32,000 nucleotides of DNA from Erysipelotrichaceae bacterium (GTDB taxonomy: Bacteria > Bacillota_I > Bacilli_A > Erysipelotrichales > Erysipelotrichaceae). The translations under genes were made by a program, and so were the position numbers. Below are positions 15,435 to 22,883 of the stretch, in pieces; the first letter of the stretch is position 1; each line of letters starts with the position of its first letter. The stretch covers positions 210,001 to 242,000 of the forward strand of contig OY760660.1 of the NCBI GenBank assembly GCA_963663995.1. Direction: 5' to 3'. The notes under the pieces were generated by a model. That model was not told the origin of the DNA, did not search any database, and saw only the letters and a program-made list of their open reading frames with translations.

Positions 15435-16271
15435 ATGGACAAACAACATAAAACAATCTTTTTAGACATTGATGGAACCTTAGTTGGAAATAAGGGGGCT
15501 GTGCCAAAATCAGCCGAAGAAGCGATAAAAAAAGTCAAGGCTAATGGACATAAAGTGATTCTTTGTACGGGTCGTACATTAGATGAAATCTATCCGCCCA
15601 TCATGGCAATTGGCTTTGATGGCGTAATTGCATGTGGAGGCAATTATGTTATCGCAAAAGATGAAATTCTTTATGAACGATATATTACGTTAGATGATCT
15701 ACAACACCTTTATGAATATTTTGAGAAATATGGAATTAATTACTATGTTGAGGCAATTTCTGGCATTTATGCATCACCAAATTGTGATCAACAATTAATC
15801 GATTTAGCGAATGAAGTAGCGAAAGTTCAAGGTGAACATTTCTTAGAACACTTTAACCTCTTCAGAGGGGTAATGAAGCAAAATGAGAAACTACTAAGAA
15901 ATGATGTGACAAAGATTTCTTTCTTAGGTTCAAATCATCCAATTGATGACTTAAAAAAGGAATATCAAGATCGTTTTGAGATCTTTGATTTAGTTGTCCC
16001 AATGTTTGGAGAAAACAGCGGTGAAATTTCTATTAAAGGAACTGACAAAACAGTCGGAATGGATATTATGATTCATCACTTTGATCTAATTGAAGAGAAT
16101 TCAATTGCGATAGGTGATGGTAATAATGATATTACCATGCTTAAAAAAGCAGCCATTGGTGTCGCGATGGGAAACGCAACAGACAAGCTAAAAGCAGTGG
16201 CTGATATGATTAGCGATGATGTCGATGATGATGGATTAGCAAAAGCGTTAAAAAGATTAGAATTATTCTAA
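15435..16271 (+). CDS. Cof-type HAD-IIB family phosphatase
   Basis: MDKQHKTIFLDIDGTL provides motif I, LCTGR motif II, and GDGNNDITML motif IV. The ORF-track start at 15369 covers the RBS of the divergent minus-strand gene and is rejected. Confidence 0.85.
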   Translation: MDKQHKTIFLDIDGTLVGNKGAVPKSAEEAIKKVKANGHKVILCTGRTLDEIYPPIMAIGFDGVIACGGNYVIAKDEILYERYITLDDLQHLYEYFEKYGINYYVEAISGIYASPNCDQQLIDLANEVAKVQGEHFLEHFNLFRGVMKQNEKLLRNDVTKISFLGSNHPIDDLKKEYQDRFEIFDLVVPMFGENSGEISIKGTDKTVGMDIMIHHFDLIEENSIAIGDGNNDITMLKKAAIGVAMGNATDKLKAVADMISDDVDDDGLAKALKRLELF

Positions 16272-16720
16272 TCTTTTTTAATGATTTCAATCGTTTCTAT
16301 AGCTTGATAACTTGCACAAACACAGATGCTTGTGTTTTTTAAATCAATGGAGGTAAAACAGATATCTGTTGGTATTTTCTCAGTTAAATGACTTGGTTTA
16401 TCGTCTAATTTAATCCAAGCCTCTAACTGACACCAAGCTTTTAAAGGCTGATCAGGATTTAGCTGTAAGCGATCAATTAAGTGTTTCGATATGGGTCTTG
16501 GGAATTCACAGTCGATTCCAATTGGAAAGCTTTCATAGGCGACCAATAAAATATTTTTTGTATGGGTAACAGAGATATATCCATGTTCAATTAAGGGTTT
16601 ACCAGTGTTTGAATAACTTACAGTTCCCCAGTGATTCTCAAGTGCTAAAGGAAGTAAAACAGTTTTAGAAGCATTCTGTTTATATTCTGTTTCTTTGTTT
16701 TCAAAGATAAATATTTGCAT
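16268..16720 (-). CDS. 4'-phosphopantetheinyl transferase superfamily protein (short Sfp-like)
   Basis: GKP..ISVTHT, IGIDCEF (Mg-binding D/E) and WCQLEAWIK (matching W-[SCT]-x-K-E-A-x-x-K) are present. The protein is only about 150 aa. I place the start at the ATG at 16720; the ORF track uses the TTG at 16726. Confidence 0.6.
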   Translation of the reverse strand: MQIFIFENKETEYKQNASKTVLLPLALENHWGTVSYSNTGKPLIEHGYISVTHTKNILLVAYESFPIGIDCEFPRPISKHLIDRLQLNPDQPLKAWCQLEAWIKLDDKPSHLTEKIPTDICFTSIDLKNTSICVCASYQAIETIEIIKKD

Positions 16721-16772
16721 ACTCAAACTCTAGCATAGAATTTGTCTGAGAAAGCGACATCTTTTATTTTTT

Positions 16773-16802
16773 ATGACAAATCAAGCCTAAACAAGCTACA
16801 AT
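16773..16802 (+). promoter_or_regulatory. Sigma-A-type promoter for the HAD hydrolase gene
   Basis: ATGACA (16773-16778), an 18-nt spacer, then TACAAT (16797-16802). The GAGGTGG RBS and the ATG at 16838 lie downstream. Confidence 0.45.
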
Positions 16803-16837
16803 AGTTTTTATGAGAAATAGATGAGGTGGGAATAATT

Positions 16838-17551
16838 ATGATAAACACAGTACTCTTTGATTTAGATGGAACACTATTACAAATTAATAATAAAGAATTT
16901 GAAAGACTTTACTTTGGGGCAATGGCTAAACAAGTTGAAGATTTGTATTCTCCTGAGGAAATTGTTGGATTAATTTGGGCATGTACAAAAGAGATGGTCT
17001 TGGATACTAGTGATTTAACCAATGAAGAAAGTTTTTATCAAGCCTTAAGGTCACGTATCAGTGAAGAACAATTAGCAATTCTTCAACCACGTTTCAATGC
17101 TTTTTATGAAGGTCCTTTTGATCATGTGCGTAGTGCTGTATTAGATAATCAAGCATTAGTGGATGCAGTTAATCTATTGAAAGATAAAGGCTATCGATGT
17201 GTTATCGCAACAAATCCGATGTTTCCTAAATTAGCGATTGATAAAAGAATTGCTTGGACAAATATAAAACGTGATCATTTTGATTATGTGACAAGTTTTG
17301 AGAATAACCATTACTGCAAACCACAAGTGCATTTCTATCAAGAAATCTTAAATGATATCAAGGCGAAAGCAGAAGACTGTCTAATGGTTGGTAATGATAC
17401 CTTTGAAGATATGATTGCGAAAAAAGTGGGACTACAAACATATTTGGTCAATGATCACATCATCGAAAATGAAAAAGCGATTGCACCAGATGATCAAGGA
17501 AGTATGAATGATTTCTTGAAATTTGTCGAAAATTTACCAAAGATAAATTAA
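16838..17551 (+). CDS. HAD-IA family hydrolase (phosphatase)
   Basis: MINTVLFDLDGTL provides motif I, ATNP motif II, and VGNDTFEDM motif IV. The ATG at 16838 lies 8 nt after GAGGTGGG. Confidence 0.8.
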   Translation: MINTVLFDLDGTLLQINNKEFERLYFGAMAKQVEDLYSPEEIVGLIWACTKEMVLDTSDLTNEESFYQALRSRISEEQLAILQPRFNAFYEGPFDHVRSAVLDNQALVDAVNLLKDKGYRCVIATNPMFPKLAIDKRIAWTNIKRDHFDYVTSFENNHYCKPQVHFYQEILNDIKAKAEDCLMVGNDTFEDMIAKKVGLQTYLVNDHIIENEKAIAPDDQGSMNDFLKFVENLPKIN

Positions 17552-17556
17552 TCCAT

Positions 17557-17580
17557 AAACGTGCTTCAACACGTTTTTTT
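17557..17580 (+). terminator. Rho-independent terminator
   Basis: AAACGTG (17557-17563), a 6-nt loop, then CACGTTT (17570-17576), followed by a T-run to 17580. Confidence 0.85.
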
Positions 17581-17586
17581 ATAAGG

Positions 17587-17592
17587 TATAAT
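17587..17592 (+). promoter_or_regulatory. -10 box positioned for a leaderless murT-like transcript
   Basis: A perfect TATAAT lies 6 nt before the ATG at 17599. TTCAAC (17565-17570, inside the terminator loop) could serve as the -35 with a 16-nt spacer. The only SD-like element is AAGG, 12 nt upstream. Confidence 0.35.
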
Positions 17593-17598
17593 AAGAAC

Positions 17599-18972
17599 AT
17601 GAAACAAAAGAATGGCTCATTTTTAATCGCTCTATTGGCAGCGAGATTATCTATATTTGGACTCAAAATACTTAAACGAAACGGGACCCATTATCCCGGT
17701 TATATTGCGTTGAAATTTTGTCCAGATTTTCTCTCTTATTTAGCACAACCTAAAAAGCTTATTGCGATTACTGGAACGAATGGTAAAACAACCACATCAA
17801 ATCTAATATTGGATGTCTATAAACAAACAGATTTGAAGATTGCTCATAACTCTTTAGGATCAAATATCCAAGAGGGTATTATCACTACATTGTTAAAAGG
17901 TTCAAACTTTTTTGGAAATAAAGCTAAAGCTGATTTATTCATATTAGAAGTGGATGAGCGGGTATCACCTAAAATATATCCTTATATCAAACCTGATTAT
18001 TTATGTATTACCAATCTATTTAGAGATAGTTATCGCAGAAATGCATCGGTTGAATTTATTGCTGATATCTTAGATCAATCGATTCCAAAAGAAACAAAAC
18101 TCATCGTTAATAGTGACGATGCGATTAGTTCATATCTTTGTCATGATAATGAACGTTTTGTCTTTAGTATGGAAGCACAAAAAGATGAATTTCAAATTAA
18201 AGATAGTTTAATTAAAGATCTCGTTTACTGTCCTAAATGTGATCATAAATTGACCTACACTTTTAACCGTTACCATCATATTGGTAAAGTCATATGTCCA
18301 GTGTGTAATTTTACGAATTTAAATCCAGATCTTTCAATTATCAAAATTGATGAAGAAGTCCATATAAAATATGGTGAGCGTGTCTATCTTTTCCCTAAAG
18401 TAGGTGAAAATATTACGGACTTCTATAATATGGTTGCTGCTATTGCAACATGTGTTTATAGTGGCTTAAGCATTGAAGAAGTACAAAAGTCATTCTCACA
18501 ATTAAAAGTTGTCCAAAGTCGCTTTAATATATCCAATTTAAAAGGCAAACAAATCATTGTGATGATGTCAAAGGATCAAAACCCAGTGGCAGCCAGTCGT
18601 GTTTTTGATTATATTCGTCGTCAAAATACACGTCAAACAGCCGTTATTTTTATCAATGAAAATTCAGACCATCATACGGGTAGTGAAAATAATGCGTGGT
18701 ACTACGATGCTGATTTTGAGTATTTAAATCAAACACACATTAAACAAGTGATTGTCGGTGGATGGCGTATTTTAGATGCGAAAGTTCGTTTGCTTTTAGC
18801 GGGTATTGATGAATCTTCAATTGTTTTAGCGCATGATGAAATCAGTACTCATAAGTTTGTTGATTTTACTAAAGTCGATGATGTTTATATTCTATATGGC
18901 ACCAAAACAGAACCAGAAGCTTTAAAAATAAAAGATTTATTACTTGATCGTATACAGAAGGAGATGGCTTAA
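17599..18972 (+). CDS. murT: MurT-like Mur ligase family protein (homologue of the lipid II isoglutaminyl synthase ligase subunit), divergent
   Basis: P-loop ITGTNGKTTTSN, EVDE, and a Cys4 ribbon (CPKCDH...CPVCNF) are present, along with a DUF1727-like C-terminus containing WYYDADFE. The triad Asp position reads Asn (SENNAW), and the RDQxDRxGE motif reads RDSYRRNAS. Confidence 0.8.
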   Translation: MKQKNGSFLIALLAARLSIFGLKILKRNGTHYPGYIALKFCPDFLSYLAQPKKLIAITGTNGKTTTSNLILDVYKQTDLKIAHNSLGSNIQEGIITTLLKGSNFFGNKAKADLFILEVDERVSPKIYPYIKPDYLCITNLFRDSYRRNASVEFIADILDQSIPKETKLIVNSDDAISSYLCHDNERFVFSMEAQKDEFQIKDSLIKDLVYCPKCDHKLTYTFNRYHHIGKVICPVCNFTNLNPDLSIIKIDEEVHIKYGERVYLFPKVGENITDFYNMVAAIATCVYSGLSIEEVQKSFSQLKVVQSRFNISNLKGKQIIVMMSKDQNPVAASRVFDYIRRQNTRQTAVIFINENSDHHTGSENNAWYYDADFEYLNQTHIKQVIVGGWRILDAKVRLLLAGIDESSIVLAHDEISTHKFVDFTKVDDVYILYGTKTEPEALKIKDLLLDRIQKEMA

Positions 18973-19685
18973 TGAAAATAGAAGTTCTATACGGTAATGC
19001 GGCTAATCTATATGGCGATCAAGGGAATATTTTACTCTTAAAAAAAGCCTTAGCTGACGCAACATTTATCGAGACTGATTTAAATGAAACTCCTCGTTTT
19101 GTAAGTACAAAAGTTGATTTGATAATCATGGGATCAATGAGTGAGAGAATGCAGATGAAAGTGATTGAGCGTTTATTGCCTTTTAGAGATCGAATCATTA
19201 ACTTAATTGATGAGGGTGTACACTTTGTGATCACTGGTAATGCTTTAGATATTTTTGGTGAAGCCATCGAAAAAGAAGATGGGTCCTTTGTCACAGGTTT
19301 AAATATTTTTTCTTTTAAAACGAAAGAAGATTTAATGCATCGTCATAATTCGTTAGTTTTAGGCTTATATAAAAATATGGAAATTGTTGGCTTTAAAACT
19401 CAGTTTGCACAAATTTATCCTAGTACAAAACTACCTCATTTCCTAGATATTGAAAGAGGCACTGGATATCATGTTGGGGCAAAGTTTGAAGGGATTCACC
19501 GTAATCGTTTTTATGGGACTAATTGTGTGGGACCATTTCTTGTCTTAAACCCTTTCTTTACCCTCAACTTATTTAAAGAATTAGGGATTAATTATCCACA
19601 ACTTCCTTATGAAACAGCCTTGATTGCTGCTTATCATAAACGTATCTCTGAATTTAGAGATCCTAAAATCATTAATCACCCTTAG
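18972..19685 (+). CDS. gatD: GatD-like CobQ/GATase_3 family protein, apparently lacking the catalytic Cys and His (pseudo-glutaminase)
   Basis: The N-terminal LYGDQGN motif and the overall layout match GatD, and the start overlaps the murT-like stop (TAATG). The nucleophile elbow reads VITGNA instead of ..CGG.. and the His position reads NCVGP instead of ..HGP.. The protein has only one Cys in total. Confidence 0.75.
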   Translation: MKIEVLYGNAANLYGDQGNILLLKKALADATFIETDLNETPRFVSTKVDLIIMGSMSERMQMKVIERLLPFRDRIINLIDEGVHFVITGNALDIFGEAIEKEDGSFVTGLNIFSFKTKEDLMHRHNSLVLGLYKNMEIVGFKTQFAQIYPSTKLPHFLDIERGTGYHVGAKFEGIHRNRFYGTNCVGPFLVLNPFFTLNLFKELGINYPQLPYETALIAAYHKRISEFRDPKIINHP

Positions 19686-19708
19686 AGCAGATTCCTTCTG
19701 CTTTTTTT
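19686..19708 (+). terminator. Rho-independent terminator
   Basis: AGCAGA (19686-19691), a 5-nt loop, then TCTGCT (19697-19702), followed by TTTTTT. Confidence 0.75.
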
Positions 19709-19719
19709 AATGCAAGGCG

Positions 19720-19725
19720 TATAAT
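19720..19725 (+). promoter_or_regulatory. Candidate -10 box for the flavodiiron protein gene
   Basis: A perfect TATAAT lies 24 nt upstream of the ATG, with an AAGGAA RBS in between. I found no convincing -35. Confidence 0.3.
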
Positions 19726-19748
19726 TAAATAGAAAAGTAAGGAATATT

Positions 19749-20966
19749 ATGTATAACACACAAGAAATAAAAGAAAATGTCTACTGGGTTGGTGGAAATG
19801 ATCGACGTCTACATCGTTTTGAAAATATGTTTCCACTACAGTTTGGAATTGCCTATAATGCCTATATTATTTTAGATGAGAAAACAGCTTTAATTGATAC
19901 GGTCGATTCATCTATTTCTCAACTTTTTATTGCCAATGTTGAACATGTTTTAAATGGACGCGATTTAGATTATTTAGTCGTAAATCATATGGAACCCGAT
20001 CATTGCGGTAATGTTGAGACCATTTTAAGACGCTACCCAAATTGCAAATTTGTGGGAAATCAAAAGACTTTTCAGTTCTTTTCTCAATTTTATGATTTTG
20101 ATGCATCTTATGCATATTATGAAGTAAAGGATCTCGATGAACTCGTTTTAGGTCAGCATCAGCTTCGTTTTTACTTTGCCCAAATGGTTCATTGGCCAGA
20201 AGTGATGATGACTTTAGAAACAAGTGAGCATATTTTATTTTCAGCTGATTCTTATGGGACATTTGGAGCGCATTATGGTTCAATTTTTGCCGATGAGATT
20301 GATTATCGAAGAAATCATGTCGATGAAGCACGTCGTTATTATGCGAATATTATTGGCCGATTTGGTTTACCTGTGCAAACGATTATGCGGAAATTATCAA
20401 ATGATGTGATTAAAATGATTGCCTCTGTACATGGACCAATATATCGAGAAAGCACTGAACTAGCGCTTATTCTTGATAAATATGATAAATGGGCACATAA
20501 CATACCTGAAGTTCATTCAGTTTTATTAGTTTACGGAACTATGTACAACAACACAGAACTTGTGGTTGATACACTCGCAACAAAACTTGCACAAAAAGGT
20601 GTTCGTAAAATGAGAATCTATGATGTCAGTGAATTTGATGTTTCTTATTTAATTGCTGATGTTTGGAAATACTCGCACATAGTCATTGCGACACCAACTT
20701 ACAACACAGGTGTTTTCCATCTAATTCATAATTTCTTACATGAGTTAGTTAGCTTAAATTTAAGTAATCGAAAATTCAGTTTTGTGATTAATCAATCTTG
20801 GGGGGGTGTCGCTTTAAAAGAACTTCAAGAAATTGTTTCAAAAATGAAGAATATCGAAATTGTTGGTGAACCTTTACAAATCACTTCTACAGTTAAAAAT
20901 GATAACTTAGAAGCCATTGATCAGTTTGCCCAAGTAATTGCGGATAGTGTTAAATCTATGAAATAG
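19749..20966 (+). CDS. FprA-family flavodiiron protein (metallo-beta-lactamase-like domain plus flavodoxin domain)
   Basis: The diiron motif NHMEPDHCG (H-x-E-x-D-H) is present, and the C-terminal flavodoxin-like region (LLVYGTMYNNTE..ATPTYN) completes a 405-aa protein. Confidence 0.85.
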   Translation: MYNTQEIKENVYWVGGNDRRLHRFENMFPLQFGIAYNAYIILDEKTALIDTVDSSISQLFIANVEHVLNGRDLDYLVVNHMEPDHCGNVETILRRYPNCKFVGNQKTFQFFSQFYDFDASYAYYEVKDLDELVLGQHQLRFYFAQMVHWPEVMMTLETSEHILFSADSYGTFGAHYGSIFADEIDYRRNHVDEARRYYANIIGRFGLPVQTIMRKLSNDVIKMIASVHGPIYRESTELALILDKYDKWAHNIPEVHSVLLVYGTMYNNTELVVDTLATKLAQKGVRKMRIYDVSEFDVSYLIADVWKYSHIVIATPTYNTGVFHLIHNFLHELVSLNLSNRKFSFVINQSWGGVALKELQEIVSKMKNIEIVGEPLQITSTVKNDNLEAIDQFAQVIADSVKSMK

Positions 20967-20991
20967 TCCTTGCCTATGCAGGACTTTTTTT
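20965..20991 (+). terminator. Rho-independent terminator
   Basis: AGTCCT (20965-20970) pairs with AGGACT (20980-20985), followed by TTTTTTT. The stop codon lies in the 5' arm. Confidence 0.7.
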
Positions 20992-21026
20992 ATGTGGATA
21001 AGGGAAGTGAAATTAAAAAAATAATG

Positions 21027-21032
21027 TATAAT
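21027..21032 (+). promoter_or_regulatory. -10 box positioned for a leaderless DUF1287 transcript
   Basis: TATAAT (21027-21032) is preceded by TG, and the ATG at 21039 lies 6 nt downstream with no SD. The surrounding ATGTATAATAA is identical to the sequence at 15420-15430. Confidence 0.3.
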
Positions 21033-21038
21033 AAACGC

Positions 21039-21725
21039 ATGGTTTATGTTAAACGTAGAAGACGCATACGATGGATTCCACTTAGCCTGTTTATTCTTGT
21101 GATTTCAAGTATCAGTTTCTTTCTTTTAAAGCCTTATTTATTTGCGATGCAAGTCGAAGAAATTGAACAGGTTGAAGAGGTCATTGATGTTGGTCCTGAT
21201 TTAAATGGCAATGGAATTTCTGATATAGATGATATTGTGATAGGTGCTCGAAAAGATGCGCTGAATTTACCTGAATATATCAATTGGTACTATGCTGGTG
21301 GATATCCACCTGAAAATGAAGGGACTTGTACTGACCTTGTCTGGCGAGCTTTTATGGAAGCTGGTATTGTATTAAAAGATTTGGTAGATGCTGATATTGA
21401 GGCTAATACATCAGCTTATCCCTTTGCATCTGAACCCGATCCAAACATTGATTTTAGAAGAGTGAGAAATTTATTTTACTTCTTTCAAAGAAATGGATTA
21501 GAATTAACAACGGATGTGTATAAAACAGATCAATGGCAAGCAGGTGATATTGTTGTCTTTGGAAATTTTGAACACATCGGAATCCTCTCTGATATACGAA
21601 ATGAGAATGATATTCCTTATCTCATTCATAATAACGATCAACCGATTAGAGAAGAAGATCGTTTAGAGTATGGATCATATACGCAAGGCATTACTGGCCA
21701 TTTCAGATGGATACCAGAAGAATAA
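21039..21725 (+). CDS. DUF1287 domain-containing membrane-anchored protein
   Basis: An N-terminal signal anchor (MVYVKRRRRIRWIPLSLFILVISSISFFLL) is followed by DUF1287-like motifs (GISDIDDIVIGAR, GTCTDLVWRAF, NIDFRRVRNL, GDIVVF..HIGI, ITGHFRW). The ORF-track start at 20970 runs through the upstream terminator. The ATG at 21024 is an alternative start. Confidence 0.75.
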   Translation: MVYVKRRRRIRWIPLSLFILVISSISFFLLKPYLFAMQVEEIEQVEEVIDVGPDLNGNGISDIDDIVIGARKDALNLPEYINWYYAGGYPPENEGTCTDLVWRAFMEAGIVLKDLVDADIEANTSAYPFASEPDPNIDFRRVRNLFYFFQRNGLELTTDVYKTDQWQAGDIVVFGNFEHIGILSDIRNENDIPYLIHNNDQPIREEDRLEYGSYTQGITGHFRWIPEE

Positions 21726-21734
21726 GGAGAATAC

Positions 21735-22883
21735 ATGTTAGATCGCGTTAACCCAGTCGTCAAAAATATTAAATTAAGTGGCATTCGTCGCTTCAATCAA
21801 GCTGCTAAGAAAATTGAAGGAGCTGTATCTTTAACTGTTGGAGAACCAGAATTTGATACAGTTCAAGCGATAAAGGATGCAGCAAATTTAGCCCTTCAAA
21901 ATAATCGTACTCATTATCCTGTGGGTTTAGGTGTACAAGAGTTAAGAGAAGCTATTTCTGAATTTGAAAGTAAAGATCCAAAATCTGTTTATTCAAGTGA
22001 TGAAGTGATTGTGACGGTTGGTTCAACTGAAGCACTAGCTGCTGTTCTTTTTTCAATCTTAGAAGCAGGCGATGAAGTTATCATTCCTGAACCGATGTAT
22101 TTAGTTTATCAACCACTGATTGAAAGAGTTGGCGCAAAAGTTGTTGGTTTAGATACCACTCAAGATGAATTTCAAATTACACGTGAAAAATTAGAAGCTT
22201 GTGTTAGTGAAAAAACAAAAGCGATTTTAATCACTTCACCTAATAATCCAACCGGTGTTATATACAATCAAGCAAGTTTAGATCTAGTTGTTGAATATGC
22301 TTTGAAAACTAAAGCATTCTTAATTAGTGATGATGTTTATAATCAACTCGTTTATGTGGATCATTTACCAAGTCTTAGAGACTACCCACAAATTCGTGAA
22401 CAACTCATTATTACGCAATCCTATTCAAAACCCTATGCAATGACAGGTTGGCGTATTGGTTATATTTTGGCTGATCAACCAATCGCGAAAGTCATTGGTT
22501 CTTTCCATCCTTATATGGTTAGTGGAATTGCTACATTTATTCAAGATGCGGCTATTACGGCTTTAAAACAAGATACAACTTGGATGCGTGATTTATATCA
22601 TGCACGTCGTGATAAATCTTTAGAAATCTTAGCGAATAATCAAATAAAAGTGGTTAAACCAGAAGGTGCGTTCTACTTCTTTGTTGATATCAAGGAATTT
22701 GGATTAAAATCAGAAGCATTCTGTGAAAAAGCTCTTTATGACTATAAAGTTGCAATGGTTCCAGGCGTTTACTTTGGTGAACATTGCGATCATTATATTC
22801 GCTTATCCTATGCGACAAGTGAAGATCAACTCTATGAAGGTCTTAACCGCTTAGCTGCCTTTGTTTCTGATTTAAGAAAATGA
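21735..22883 (+). CDS. Pyridoxal-phosphate-dependent aminotransferase, class I/II (aspartate/aromatic aminotransferase-like)
   Basis: GEPEFDT, SPNNPTG and SYSKPYAMTGWRIGY (PLP lysine) are present. A GGAG RBS is present. Confidence 0.85.
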   Translation: MLDRVNPVVKNIKLSGIRRFNQAAKKIEGAVSLTVGEPEFDTVQAIKDAANLALQNNRTHYPVGLGVQELREAISEFESKDPKSVYSSDEVIVTVGSTEALAAVLFSILEAGDEVIIPEPMYLVYQPLIERVGAKVVGLDTTQDEFQITREKLEACVSEKTKAILITSPNNPTGVIYNQASLDLVVEYALKTKAFLISDDVYNQLVYVDHLPSLRDYPQIREQLIITQSYSKPYAMTGWRIGYILADQPIAKVIGSFHPYMVSGIATFIQDAAITALKQDTTWMRDLYHARRDKSLEILANNQIKVVKPEGAFYFFVDIKEFGLKSEAFCEKALYDYKVAMVPGVYFGEHCDHYIRLSYATSEDQLYEGLNRLAAFVSDLRK

